Virus record (IMG/VR): IMGVR_UViG_3300045988_098681
DNA from: a virus
Reading direction: 5' to 3' (one strand)
DNA: 64,000 nucleotides
Below, piece after piece: positions 39,926 through 50,259 of this stretch. Positions within the stretch are counted from its first letter, which is position 1; each line of letters starts with the position of its first letter. The notes below the pieces were generated by a model, which saw only the letters and a program-made list of their open reading frames with translations, had not been told where the DNA came from and made no database searches. Position numbers and translations under genes: made by a program.

Positions 39926-40466
39926 CAGCAATTTGTGTAGCCATAATAATTGATGTGCCTGTAAAGGTATAGTTATTTCCTATATTCAAAGTAGAGCGAC
40001 AAAGCCTAGATAATTCATGATTGAATTGCAAAGTTCCGACACCTGCTACATCTGCGCCATTTAGCGTTTTCATAAGCTCCATTTCCATTACATCAACTCT
40101 AGGGCATGGCACACCTTGATAATCCACTAGGGCATTTTTTGTTCCATATAAGATATCAAATCTATAACAAACCGTAGACAATATAGGATTGTCCGGCAGT
40201 GTATCATATCTATAAATCTTTAATATAGTCTTAGAGTCCACAAGCTCGTTTGGCTCAACATTCGTAAGGAAAACATTGTAATTGTGCATATCATCAAAAT
40301 CCTTACACACCAACGAGAGCTTTTCGTCCTCCGTTAAATCATCACGATCCAAAGCATCGTATGTATTATATTTTAAGAGTTTGAAAAATTTATCGTTCTT
40401 TGCCAACTCTACAACAATTCGATAAGGAATAAATGGGAGGCTAAAGAATTTGTTAAATTTACTCAT
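39894..40466 (-). CDS. hypothetical head-tail joining region protein
   Basis: 190-aa ORF in the structural operon. Confidence 0.55.
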   Translation of the reverse strand: MSKFNKFFSLPFIPYRIVVELAKNDKFFKLLKYNTYDALDRDDLTEDEKLSLVCKDFDDMHNYNVFLTNVEPNELVDSKTILKIYRYDTLPDNPILSTVCYRFDILYGTKNALVDYQGVPCPRVDVMEMELMKTLNGADVAGVGTLQFNHELSRLCRSTLNIGNNYTFTGTSIIMATQIADVQGDSTCGM

Positions 40467-40477
40467 ATTCCCACCCC

Positions 40478-41731
40478 CTAAAATGCACTAGTTAGCATAA
40501 TCTCAATAGTTTTTTCTATGTTATTGGACGTAAATGTAAGAGTGAGTGGCGTTTGTGAAATCTTCCTAGCAGACAATAACCATGTATTTTCATGCTTGTG
40601 CGCAAAACCATAAAAACTACCATCTAGTCCACTTACCACACAAGCAACCTCGTCTTTGAGCGCAACACCATCTTCATAAAGTGTCGCACTAATCGTTACT
40701 TGTTTTCCTACTCTTAATGTATTGATATTTGGCTCTACAACAATTTCATAGTATTTATCCGCCAACTCTACTATCTTAATTTCTGTAGAACCATAAATAT
40801 CCTCATTGCCCTTTATCCAACACTCGAATTTTGCGACAGAACCGACTTGACCCGTAAGTGTAAACACTCCGTTCTTGTCTATCTCCGCATTTTGATTGCA
40901 ACAATATTCTACTTGCCTATCTACGACTACGCCATTCAACTTGACAACAGGGATAAGCCTTCCAACATACCCATTAACTTGACTCTCAACACTTGGTTCA
41001 AACTCGATTGTATATTGGTACAATCCCTTGTTCGCAATATTATTCTCTATATCATCGTCTGGCTCTTCCATATCGAGGTACATATCCAAGTAGAGCAAAT
41101 TGCTTGCCAAGTTAGCTTTTACTCCCTCATTGAGCATATTTTGATATGCCACCAATTTGAATGGTTGTTTGTTAAAAATAAACCTCGTGTTTTTTGGAAT
41201 ATATCTTGTAATATTATCACCTTGACACATAACAGTTATGTGACCATTGGCAGTAATAACTTCCTTATCTTTAAGTTGTTGAGGTGATTCTAATACATAT
41301 TCGACAATACAAGGATACTCATATACCTTACCATTTATCTTATCAACCCAACGCATCATATTATTGCAACGCCGAATTGTAACATCATTAGATACCGAAC
41401 CAAGTTCGCCTGTATTAACTACAAGCCAATAATCATCATCATATTGATACATAAGCCCTTTTGGTGCTTTATGAGTCAAATCTCGGAACGAGAAAATCTT
41501 AAAGTCATCGTCTTGTTTAAATCCTGTTCCCATTTCAATGGCATAATCAATATGCACATCAATGTAATGGTACTTATTGCTCCCGATTCCATCTTGCTCT
41601 TGCACACAATCTAACACTTGTGTTGTATTGTCCCATTGAGAATCAACGCTTGCTTGCATGAGTCCACGATATTCCGAGTCGGGGTCTTTTGCCATATTGT
41701 TTAGATAATTTTGATAAAACTTTAACGCCAT
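40478..41731 (-). CDS. hypothetical structural protein
   Basis: 417-aa ORF with a beta-rich C-terminal half. Confidence 0.55.
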   Translation of the reverse strand: MALKFYQNYLNNMAKDPDSEYRGLMQASVDSQWDNTTQVLDCVQEQDGIGSNKYHYIDVHIDYAIEMGTGFKQDDDFKIFSFRDLTHKAPKGLMYQYDDDYWLVVNTGELGSVSNDVTIRRCNNMMRWVDKINGKVYEYPCIVEYVLESPQQLKDKEVITANGHITVMCQGDNITRYIPKNTRFIFNKQPFKLVAYQNMLNEGVKANLASNLLYLDMYLDMEEPDDDIENNIANKGLYQYTIEFEPSVESQVNGYVGRLIPVVKLNGVVVDRQVEYCCNQNAEIDKNGVFTLTGQVGSVAKFECWIKGNEDIYGSTEIKIVELADKYYEIVVEPNINTLRVGKQVTISATLYEDGVALKDEVACVVSGLDGSFYGFAHKHENTWLLSARKISQTPLTLTFTSNNIEKTIEIMLTSAF

Positions 41732-42015
41732 TAGACCACCTCCTCTAATCTGCGCTCAATTTCATTAGTTACATGGAACACAACTTGCTTCACATCTTCA
41801 TGTGTTACCTTTGCCCCCATATTTAAAAGTCCATTGAGCAAAATTAAACTATCAAGAACCGCATCGGACGATTGTTGACTTGAAAGCGCAATAATGGCTC
41901 GCTTTAGACAAGATTGGTAATCTTTAATTCCCTCTTTGCCGTCTTGGTAATTCTCATACGAGCATAGCACCTTATAGCAAGTATTTATTAAAATTTGTTT
42001 TTTTGTCCTTCTCAT
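41731..42015 (-). CDS. hypothetical protein
   Basis: 94-aa ORF, translationally coupled. Confidence 0.55.
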   Translation of the reverse strand: MRRTKKQILINTCYKVLCSYENYQDGKEGIKDYQSCLKRAIIALSSQQSSDAVLDSLILLNGLLNMGAKVTHEDVKQVVFHVTNEIERRLEEVV

Positions 42016-42026
42016 ACCAAAGCCCC

Positions 42027-42491
42027 CTAAAGCATAAAATTTAAGGGGGAAGTTGGAATAAGGTCTATTTCATAATCAACAATATCTTGATTATATTTTT
42101 CTCTAAGCCTATCAAGGTATTCGGACTTTTCCTTTAAGTTGTTTGCCTCTGAATGTGCCTTAAATTCTTTGTTGCTCAAATGCCCTTGGAATTGCGTCAC
42201 ATCATTTACTTTCTTAGCGAACCAATTATATACCATAATAGACGATAAAATATTTATTTCTTTATTGCTCAAGTCTTGGATAAAAGACATGGATTTTTCT
42301 CCATTCTCGTCCTCGATTTCGCCATAAGACAAGTCCGTATTGCAAGAAGTAAAATCTGGTACAGAACGCTCCAGTATACCTTGCAATTCTAGCAAAAAGG
42401 ACTCATAGTCCTCTTGAGCCAATTTATTCAGTTTATAATCTTCGATAAGCACTAACGCTCTATCGTAAACTGCTTCAAAGGGCGTTCCCAT
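42027..42491 (-). CDS. hypothetical head-tail connector region protein
   Basis: 154-aa ORF. Confidence 0.55.
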   Translation of the reverse strand: MGTPFEAVYDRALVLIEDYKLNKLAQEDYESFLLELQGILERSVPDFTSCNTDLSYGEIEDENGEKSMSFIQDLSNKEINILSSIMVYNWFAKKVNDVTQFQGHLSNKEFKAHSEANNLKEKSEYLDRLREKYNQDIVDYEIDLIPTSPLNFML

Positions 42492-42512
42492 ATACTACTT
42501 ACCTCTCTGTCT

Positions 42513-43175
42513 TTATTGAGCCTCTACTTCCTCAACTTTTTCTATACCAAAATAATCAATTCCGCTGATTTTTCCAAGTTCCATTAAAATGTTTGCATCA
42601 ATTTCCAAGCCCATCAAACGACCATCGACAATCATAGAGTCGATTATCTTTTTCTGTGCGTCTGGTGCATTTTGGTAAATATCCACAACGTCTTTTGCGT
42701 TCTTTAATAAAACTGTTTTAAGTTGTCTATCATCAAGTATCGTTTGATAAGCGTCCTCTAAATCATTTTCCTCTACAAAATCGTTGTCTGCGATATAAAA
42801 GATTCCCTCTCTTGCAGACTTAGGCATGTTGGAAATAATAATTCTAGCTTCTGAATCAGTAACACTTACACTATCGAATTGCTTATCAATACGAATAATG
42901 CGAGAACCTTGAAGGGTTAAACCACCTGCAACTAAACTAATGATTTTAACCATCTTTTTCTTTCTCTTTGGCTCTGTTTGCTCAACACTAACATTGGCTT
43001 GCGCTCTCATAAGCACTTCGAGTTGCGCTTGTAAATTTGCAATTTGTTCAGCTTGTTCTTTAAGCTTTTGGTTATCGTTGAGTTCAATAGGAGTAACCTC
43101 TTTTTCAACATTTTCAGTTGTAACTTTTTCGGTTGTAGTTTGCTCAATAATTTCTTTTTTTGGTCTACCTGCCAT
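42513..43175 (-). CDS. hypothetical protein with N-terminal coiled coil
   Basis: 220-aa ORF containing the QKLKEQAEQIANLQAQLEVLMRAQ helix. Confidence 0.55.
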   Translation of the reverse strand: MAGRPKKEIIEQTTTEKVTTENVEKEVTPIELNDNQKLKEQAEQIANLQAQLEVLMRAQANVSVEQTEPKRKKKMVKIISLVAGGLTLQGSRIIRIDKQFDSVSVTDSEARIIISNMPKSAREGIFYIADNDFVEENDLEDAYQTILDDRQLKTVLLKNAKDVVDIYQNAPDAQKKIIDSMIVDGRLMGLEIDANILMELGKISGIDYFGIEKVEEVEAQ

Positions 43176-43232
43176 ATCCTTTTATTCCTTTCTTATTCCA
43201 TATAGAATAGGAGAGCAGAAAAGACTGCCCTC

Positions 43233-44114
43233 CTAAATATCGTACTTCCAAATGTAGCCCTTTGCTCCAACTCCACCTTTTTTGCAACAACTATAAATAT
43301 AGCCCTTGCTAAGATTTAGTTCATTTGCTGCATCATTAGCAGTTTCGTATCTTTTGATTATAATTCCATCTAAAGATAATTGCAAAATAGGCACATTCTT
43401 TTTGCTTTTATATCTTTTCTTTTGCAGTGGATTACCATTTTCAAATCTCCATTGATAACCGAAACAAGATTTATCTTCTAATCGGCAACATTCTGAAATT
43501 TGAGTTTTATTACAACCTAAAAAAATTGAAGCATCTGTTATTGACTTAAAAGTCCGAATAAAATTACCATCAAGGTCATATTGGCAAACACTCTTCTCTT
43601 TTGGATTTATATATGGTTTTGGTGGCTCTTCACCTTCAAATTGCCACATATATCCACCAAGAGAGTTTCTCCTATGAGAACAACAATTTGTTATGCCTCC
43701 TCTTGAAAACCCCAACTCACGTTCGGCTTCTGCCATACTGTCAAAAGTTTTAATATAATTACCATCTAAGCTATATTGACAAACTTTTTTACCCCAACCG
43801 TTTTGACCATCTCCGCCTTTAGTCATATTATAACCACACCTAGGTTCATTAAAAGCATAACTATTATATTCCTTGATATAATATATTTCTCTTTTATCTA
43901 GGTCTTTTGGTTGGCACTCTTCAATTATCTCAAATACAAAATTTTCAAATCCGTATTTTTGCATAGCTTTATATAATATTGTTCCTTTTGTTTTTGATTT
44001 AAACGTTGTTTTATGTTCAATCCATCTCTTATGAATGTCTCTCGATTGCCCAATATAAACATGACCATTCATAATATTAGTAATTTTATATATGCCACAT
44101 ATTTTTTTATTCAT
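43233..44114 (-). CDS. free-standing GIY-YIG homing endonuclease with three tandem DNA-binding repeats
   Basis: GIYKITN...VYIGQS...KRWIEHK...YN (GIY-YIG core). Three ~50-aa repeats (CQYxLDGNxIxTFxS...A...LG...I..CC....GYxWxFE) resemble the NUMOD/IENR1 modules of I-TevI-family enzymes. ATG follows AGGAGG. Confidence 0.8.
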   Translation of the reverse strand: MNKKICGIYKITNIMNGHVYIGQSRDIHKRWIEHKTTFKSKTKGTILYKAMQKYGFENFVFEIIEECQPKDLDKREIYYIKEYNSYAFNEPRCGYNMTKGGDGQNGWGKKVCQYSLDGNYIKTFDSMAEAERELGFSRGGITNCCSHRRNSLGGYMWQFEGEEPPKPYINPKEKSVCQYDLDGNFIRTFKSITDASIFLGCNKTQISECCRLEDKSCFGYQWRFENGNPLQKKRYKSKKNVPILQLSLDGIIIKRYETANDAANELNLSKGYIYSCCKKGGVGAKGYIWKYDI

Positions 44115-44235
44115 TGTAATTCCTCCTGTCAAAAGAAATTAAACAAATAATAAAGTAATTTAAAATTTTGACAGAATTTTAAAAGGGATAGCTAGTCCTT
44201 GTCCTTTATTATTTGTTGTTTTTGTATTTTTTATT

Positions 44236-45100
44236 TTATGCAGTAATGGTATATTTACCAGCGTATCCTGCCGAGATAAACGCAAAATTCCATAAACGGC
44301 GAAGCGTGAAATTGCTTGTGATGTCAGCATTATCATAGAACTGGTTGCCATTAGTCAGAGTCGGACTCATAACACCCTTAACAACCTTGTCTACGCTAGG
44401 AGATACAACATACAAAGTGTTGTCATCTAACAGCATACCAAAGTTATTGCCGGACGGAATTTGAGTAAGTTCGATAAGCTCATAACCATAGAAGTCTTTC
44501 ATAATTCTTACAGAACCATCAGCACCTGCAACTTCCATTCTGAAACCTGCGGAATAGTCCGGAAGAACCTTAGAAAGAGCAGCAGCACTACCCATAAATA
44601 CAGGTTTTGCGCCATAGTTGTATGCTTGAACTCTCTGTGCTAACTTAATAGCAGTTTGAACAGAGAATGCACCAGTTTCAATGAATTGAGTCGGATAATT
44701 GTTAGTTGTGCTAAGACCTTCATTCAAAACCTTGATAGCATCAACAGTCATTTCTCTTTCGATAGAGATAACAGCCAATCTGATAAAGTCAGCCAAATCT
44801 TCTTTCTTGGCGAGAACAGAAGCCATATCTACAAAAACGGTAACAAAATGTTCCTCTGGTGTGAGGATTAAGTTACCTTTATAGGATTTTTGACGGAAGC
44901 TCGTGCGTTCCCCCTGACCCCCACGCGAAATGACGTACAGAGTTCTCGGTTTAATATCAAATTTTACAGTATCGCCATAGCCAACCGTTCTAAAGTCTAC
45001 GAACGGAGACAGGGAATTGGTCATATACTGCGGAATGAGGGAATTAACAACCTCGTTGACGATAGCCATAGCAGCAAATGTGTTCAAATTAAGGCGCAAC
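44236..45100 (-). CDS. major capsid protein (HK97-fold type), exon 2
   Basis: Large ORF with no real ATG (the ORF-track start is TTG). The frame is open only from 45102. Capsid-like sequence in the expected position after the scaffold/protease. Confidence 0.7.
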
Positions 45101-45463
45101 CCTTAATCCAGTCTTGCCCTCGCCAAAAGGCAGACCTCTCATACTTTCATATGAGTTCAGACTATATCTGCATCTTATATTTCGATATAAGAGCCTCATT
45201 TTTCTTTCGCCATAAACTTGCGATTTTACATCCCCCTCAAGGGGCTAGTCGTTGAGCGTTCCTCTATTCGAGGCTTCGTTGCTAAACACCCATTTACATT
45301 CACTTAGGATTTAACCTTATGAATATCTCTTTTACTTTTTTCTACTTTCGTAACATTCACGCCTAGACTTATTTCATTCTTACGTTGTAGTGAAAAGAGC
45401 TTTAGGGATTCAAAGCATTTAACGAGGAGTCTTTGCACCTCACGATACAAAGAGGGCTACGCT
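45101..45463 (-). mobile_element. group I self-splicing intron (ORF-less) in the major capsid gene
   Basis: P1 pairs exon GGGU (45467..45464) with GCCC (45457..45454), giving U-G at the splice site. Core elements are GCUCAACGACUAGCCCC (45257..45241) and CAGAUAUAGUCUGAAC (45170..45155), so P7 is GACUA/UAGUC. The intron ends ...UUAAGG. The GU+G junction restores the frame, and the exons sum to 1092 nt, a multiple of 3. Confidence 0.75.
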
Positions 45464-45690
45464 ACCCATTGAACTTGCGGATTTGCCATCCAAGAGTTCG
45501 GACAATCAGCTTCTTTAACGCCTGCTAATCTTTCGATTTCAGCAAAATAACCATTAGAAACCTTTTCAGCCATTTCATACATCGGAATGGACGGTGTTCT
45601 GTTGCTATTCTTGCAAGCGTAATATTCATCAAACGCAACATAGAAATCTGTGTTTCCATTTGCGAATTTCTTTAATTCATTGGTAATCAT
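45464..45690 (-). CDS. major capsid protein, exon 1
   Basis: Has a strong RBS and ATG. The 77-aa ORF ends in a TAG that falls just inside the predicted intron. Confidence 0.7.
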
Positions 45691-45719
45691 TATATTTTAT
45701 TCTCCTTTCCCTAGTTTAA

Positions 45720-46241
45720 TTATGCCATCAGCATGAATACATAATGAGTAATTACTTCTTGACCGTATCCTCTATCAACAGCACCAACTAACTTGAAGGA
45801 GCCACCAGTCTCAACCATCTGCAACCTACCTTCTGCTCCGATAGAAGCCAATTTGTAAGTCGGTTTGTCAACAGGAGTTGCGCCTTCTTTCAGAGCATTT
45901 GTATCAAGTTCAACACAGTCACCCTTAACAAGTCTTTTGATACTTGCGGTCTTTCCTGCCGGAATGTAGAAGTATCTAGGGTCATCCATAATTTGTGTTT
46001 CAACATCAATACCACGAACAGGAGAATCAACGATATACTTCATATCAGAAGTTCCGTTTGCATCCGGAGTAACTTCAAAAGTATATTCATCAATTTTACC
46101 ATCAGTGTTCATAATATCGCCAAGTGCAACGAAAGTACCGTTGTCTAAATCGCCTGCTTTGTAGATTCCTGCGAAATTATAGGAATCAACATCCCAGCAT
46201 GCGCAATGAGTAGTATTAACTACACCATGTGTGTTTGCCAT
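45720..46241 (-). CDS. hypothetical head protein (decoration/scaffold-region)
   Basis: 173-aa ORF between the scaffold-like gene and the capsid gene. Confidence 0.5.
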   Translation of the reverse strand: MANTHGVVNTTHCACWDVDSYNFAGIYKAGDLDNGTFVALGDIMNTDGKIDEYTFEVTPDANGTSDMKYIVDSPVRGIDVETQIMDDPRYFYIPAGKTASIKRLVKGDCVELDTNALKEGATPVDKPTYKLASIGAEGRLQMVETGGSFKLVGAVDRGYGQEVITHYVFMLMA

Positions 46242-46264
46242 AATATTTAATCTCCTTTTCTTTA

Positions 46265-47977
46265 TTATAATCTATCCCATACAGAAGTTTTCTTTTCAAC
46301 TGGGTTCGGGGTTGCGATTCTAAGTGTTAAGTTTTCGTCATTGTGTGACATATTTGCAAAACAAAATGCTTTTACTTTATTTTCCCAATTATCGAGAGCA
46401 GAAAACTCACATGCCACACCATCAGCCTTGAATGTATTGTAATCCTCGTTACTCAAGAATTTTTCAACTTCTTCCATAACTGAATCAATTTTATTCATTT
46501 TTTCTTTTTCTTCGGTGTTAGCTTTAAACTCTCTAAGCTCTTCAAGTTCTTTTCCTTGCTCCATGATAATATTTTCTTTATCTTCAAGCTCTTTTACTAA
46601 AGCATCGCACTTTGCATTAGCTTCTGCTAATTTTTCCTCATCGGTCATATCATCTTGTTTGTCATCGTCATCGTCATCGTCTGTATCGTCCTCATCATCC
46701 GCAAACTTTGTATATTGTTCTGCACCTTCTGGGACTGCAAACTTTTCAACGGTTTCGCTCGGAACAAATTCAATTTCAACCTTTTGATATTCATCCGCAA
46801 GTGTAATACCCTCTTCTGTGTAGGAATAATCAATACGATAAATGTTGCAATCATCATCTTTTATAATTGCAAACTTCTGATTATCTTCCTCATAAAGTCC
46901 ATCAATGTAAAATTTCCAACCATATTTTTCTCTGATTGCTATATAAACTCTATCCCACATATCATTGAGGTCTACAGCGGCAAATTCAATTTCTTTCAAT
47001 GCCATTTCCTCCTTATTCTCTTTGTCTAAACCAAACTTGTCGTAAATCTTTTCTACCTTTGCTACAACACTATCTTCACCCTCTTGTTTTGCATAAGCAA
47101 GAGCAGCCGCAAGTCCATAGCGATTATAATAGAATGTATCGTCAACAAGTTGCATTACTGGATATTTCAAATGTTCAGAAGGAGCATCTTTCCAACCGTC
47201 CTCAACAAGCAAATAAACCGATTTTACCAATGTAGCCTTGTTGCTTGCCTCCATGATTTTATTTCTCATTTCAGTCTTATCAACATCACCCCATGGTGTA
47301 TCTTTTAATTCTTCTTTGTTGATTTTGTATTTTGTATCAGCCATACTTCTCCTCCTTTCCTCTGAAAATCTTTGCAATTCTGCAAGCGGATCATTGTGAC
47401 CCTCATAAAATTTATTAGCTTTCTCGTCCGAGAATCTAATCATGTTCATGTTCGCATCAGGACAAGAGCCATGAACATCTCGCCCCAAAACCTTTCCAAG
47501 CACTGTTACTCCGACAATATTAAACTTATCAGCTGCAATATGCCCATTATCAAGTTCTTCACCACTAACAAGCATTTCTACTGAAACGTCTTTTTTCGTG
47601 TTCTCATCGCCGAACAAATTATAAAGTTGTGTAGAGTAAATCTTGGAAATAACAGCCGTAGCACTAGCTTTTAAGATATCTCCATCTTCCTCAAACTCAA
47701 CCTCTTGGTTAATTGGGAAATTGCCGAAAATTTGTTGATTGTCTGTATGAGTCATAACATCTTCATAAAACTTATCATATTCAGCAACGAGCCATTTACC
47801 CAAAACTGTGCTTGCATATTCCTTTAGCACGTCTTTAGAAATATCTATTTTGTGTGAATTTTCATTGGTAGAAAGAAAAGTGACCTTAGCCATAGCAAAT
47901 TCATCATCGTTATAATCTTCCATTTCAAATTTTTCAATGGAGAAATTTACCTTTTGCTCTTTAATTGCCCTCACCAC
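46265..47977 (-). CDS. putative prohead protease/scaffolding fusion protein
   Basis: 570 aa with an acidic run (DDEDDTDDDDDDDKQDD) and a C-terminal coiled coil, located between the portal and the capsid. The protease assignment is not verified. Confidence 0.4.
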   Translation of the reverse strand: MVRAIKEQKVNFSIEKFEMEDYNDDEFAMAKVTFLSTNENSHKIDISKDVLKEYASTVLGKWLVAEYDKFYEDVMTHTDNQQIFGNFPINQEVEFEEDGDILKASATAVISKIYSTQLYNLFGDENTKKDVSVEMLVSGEELDNGHIAADKFNIVGVTVLGKVLGRDVHGSCPDANMNMIRFSDEKANKFYEGHNDPLAELQRFSEERRRSMADTKYKINKEELKDTPWGDVDKTEMRNKIMEASNKATLVKSVYLLVEDGWKDAPSEHLKYPVMQLVDDTFYYNRYGLAAALAYAKQEGEDSVVAKVEKIYDKFGLDKENKEEMALKEIEFAAVDLNDMWDRVYIAIREKYGWKFYIDGLYEEDNQKFAIIKDDDCNIYRIDYSYTEEGITLADEYQKVEIEFVPSETVEKFAVPEGAEQYTKFADDEDDTDDDDDDDKQDDMTDEEKLAEANAKCDALVKELEDKENIIMEQGKELEELREFKANTEEKEKMNKIDSVMEEVEKFLSNEDYNTFKADGVACEFSALDNWENKVKAFCFANMSHNDENLTLRIATPNPVEKKTSVWDRL

Positions 47978-48140
47978 CTTCCATCTCTAACACCCTAGTA
48001 AGTTCTGCTAATTTTTCATAATAGAACTTACCTTTCCACATATAGAGAGCCATAAAGCCCATAGAAGAAAGTTTAAGGTGCATATCAATATCTACTGCAT
48101 AATATTCTTGTGGATTTTCTGGCTTTTGTCTAAGAATCAT
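47961..48140 (-). CDS. hypothetical protein
   Basis: Start moved to the ATG in the ATGA overlap after GGAGGG. Confidence 0.45.
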   Translation of the reverse strand: MILRQKPENPQEYYAVDIDMHLKLSSMGFMALYMWKGKFYYEKLAELTRVLEMEGGEGN

Positions 48141-48646
48141 TCTTCGCCCTCCAATCCAACAATACCCCAATCCTTGATTCTAAAGTCGAATGTATCAAAA
48201 TCAAGTCCTTGGTCTGCCTTGTTCTTTAATGTAATAATTTGCCCAACTATCTTGTTAAATGTTCTCATAATACCCATTAAATCAGCATGTACGTTAATAT
48301 CGCCCTCTTCGAGCGCAATTTTATTTGTAAGCGTAATCATATAATAGGTTGCCTCAAATTCATCATATATGTAATCAAACATCTCTTTGAGCGAAGAATA
48401 TGTTTCATCATGTTTTGGCACTTCGGGTCTAATCGAACGTTCGTCATAATTGTCCTTAATCTCGCTCACAAAGTCAGCAATTACAGGCATAGCATGGGCA
48501 AGCCGATGATGGCAAATATCGCTCGCTTGTACCATAGCCCAATCATTGAGCATAAAGCTCACAGCATTATCTAAGAGTGAGTTAAGATTAAAAAATTGAC
48601 CGTATAAGATATCTAAGGCATCACTTGTCTTTTTAGAAATCAACAT
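48137..48646 (-). CDS. hypothetical protein
   Basis: 169-aa helical ORF downstream of the portal. Confidence 0.55.
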   Translation of the reverse strand: MLISKKTSDALDILYGQFFNLNSLLDNAVSFMLNDWAMVQASDICHHRLAHAMPVIADFVSEIKDNYDERSIRPEVPKHDETYSSLKEMFDYIYDEFEATYYMITLTNKIALEEGDINVHADLMGIMRTFNKIVGQIITLKNKADQGLDFDTFDFRIKDWGIVGLEGEE

Positions 48647-48663
48647 AGCTTTTACCTCCTTTC

Positions 48664-50241
48664 TTATTCGGTATCGTCATATTCTCTAGCGTCGGTTTTA
48701 ACCTCATCTTGTTTAGGTCTACCTGCTTTATCGCTTGCTGTATGAATAGACATAAGCTGTACTAAATTATCTGTAAAGCCACCATATTTCGCCTCTTCCA
48801 TCATGCGCTCAAAATCTTGAGGCTTATAGCCGTAAGCAGCCCCAATAGCACTCGGAAGAACGATTCCGACATTAGCAAGTTCCATAACTTTCTTTTGTCG
48901 ATATTCTTGCTCGAATGGGAAATTGATTCCCTCGAACTCGAATGAGAATTTATACTTTCTTGTTTTCTTATTGACATAGAAGTTTAAGAACGCATTGAAT
49001 TGTGAGTACATACGTTTAATAATATTGCTATCATTGATAATCGCATTACGCACTTCTTCTTGACTCATTTTGCTCGTACTAAACAACATGTTGCCAGCAC
49101 TTGCGCTGATTGAGCTTGTGTTTGTTACTTGATTACTATATGTATCTGGGTTCTTATCCTCGTATTGATAAAAATCCAAGTTACGAACAGGTAACGCTCC
49201 AACCTTGATGTGCTTATCTAATCCACTACGAACAAGATTTAACAATTTACCAAGTGTCTTAGGATTGACAGCAAACGCATCTTTTATATTACCTGACTTT
49301 TGTTTGTCAAGCATTTCCATTTCTCCGACAAGAAGCCCATAAGCCGCCTCAATATCTTTGTCCTTTTGTAATGCTTGCATTTCCCTATCGGTAATCATGT
49401 TAGGGAGAGCGGGTGCTAAAAATGGCACAGTGTCAAACTTAAACTCATCGAGCAGAAATACCCAAGCACCCTGTTCGGGTGATGTTTGAACCCAATAAGA
49501 AAACGTGCCATTTCTACGATTTAATGGGTTGGTTGGCACATAATCAACCATGCTATTCTCGTCAAATATCTCTCTTGCCTTTTTTTTAAAGATAGGGTCA
49601 AAAGCATCAATATCAACGCCTGCTTGCAAGAAATAGCTCATATCAAAATCATACAGCCCACCTTGTTCAAAATAACCAGTAAGCAAGCAATAATCTTGAG
49701 GCATGGTTTGTAATGTATATTTTGGTAATTTTGTAACCTTTTCTGCCGAAACATCTTCAACGTCTTGGCTGAATGTTCCACGAGTTGTACGAAGCCAAGT
49801 AAAATCAGCTTGTTGTCTCGCACAAATATCAATAACACGGCTAAACTCTCTTTTGCAATCAAAGTTATCTAAAAATTTCCAAACTCTCTTCTTATCATCT
49901 AAATATTCTTTACTTCTATAATCATCGCCACTTGCGTTAATACAAGTAACTTTTAGGTCGAAGGAAAGCATGTTTGCATAATAACGAATCAACCGAGCAT
50001 AAAGCATATCATTATACTCAACCCATGCAGAATATTCTTGTAAGTCCTTAGCGCACTCTCTTGCCTTGTCAAGAGCCTTAATAACCTTATCATAATCAGG
50101 CGTTTTCGTGTTTCCTGTTAATGACACAAGGTTGTAATTGTTAAGGTGTGGCGTATAGAACCCATTTGTAAGCGCACTCGCAAAGGCTACAACATCATAT
50201 ACTTGCTCTTTTGTTAATCCATTCTTGTTTTTTTCTTCCAA
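48664..50241 (-). CDS. portal protein
   Basis: 525-aa ORF immediately downstream of the large terminase; size and position are typical. No motif verified. Confidence 0.6.
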   Translation of the reverse strand: MEEKNKNGLTKEQVYDVVAFASALTNGFYTPHLNNYNLVSLTGNTKTPDYDKVIKALDKARECAKDLQEYSAWVEYNDMLYARLIRYYANMLSFDLKVTCINASGDDYRSKEYLDDKKRVWKFLDNFDCKREFSRVIDICARQQADFTWLRTTRGTFSQDVEDVSAEKVTKLPKYTLQTMPQDYCLLTGYFEQGGLYDFDMSYFLQAGVDIDAFDPIFKKKAREIFDENSMVDYVPTNPLNRRNGTFSYWVQTSPEQGAWVFLLDEFKFDTVPFLAPALPNMITDREMQALQKDKDIEAAYGLLVGEMEMLDKQKSGNIKDAFAVNPKTLGKLLNLVRSGLDKHIKVGALPVRNLDFYQYEDKNPDTYSNQVTNTSSISASAGNMLFSTSKMSQEEVRNAIINDSNIIKRMYSQFNAFLNFYVNKKTRKYKFSFEFEGINFPFEQEYRQKKVMELANVGIVLPSAIGAAYGYKPQDFERMMEEAKYGGFTDNLVQLMSIHTASDKAGRPKQDEVKTDAREYDDTE

Positions 50242-50259
50242 ACTTTTTCCTCCTTTCTC

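Noticed and set aside
44133-44235. Terminator after the capsid gene (AAAGGA...TCCCTTTT)
   Set aside because: Only about 3-5 bp can be paired convincingly around a TAGCTA palindrome, which is not strong enough to call.
44160-44351. 63-aa minus-strand ORF overlapping the 3' end of the capsid gene
   Set aside because: It is out of frame and overlaps the well-supported capsid exon 2. It has no RBS.
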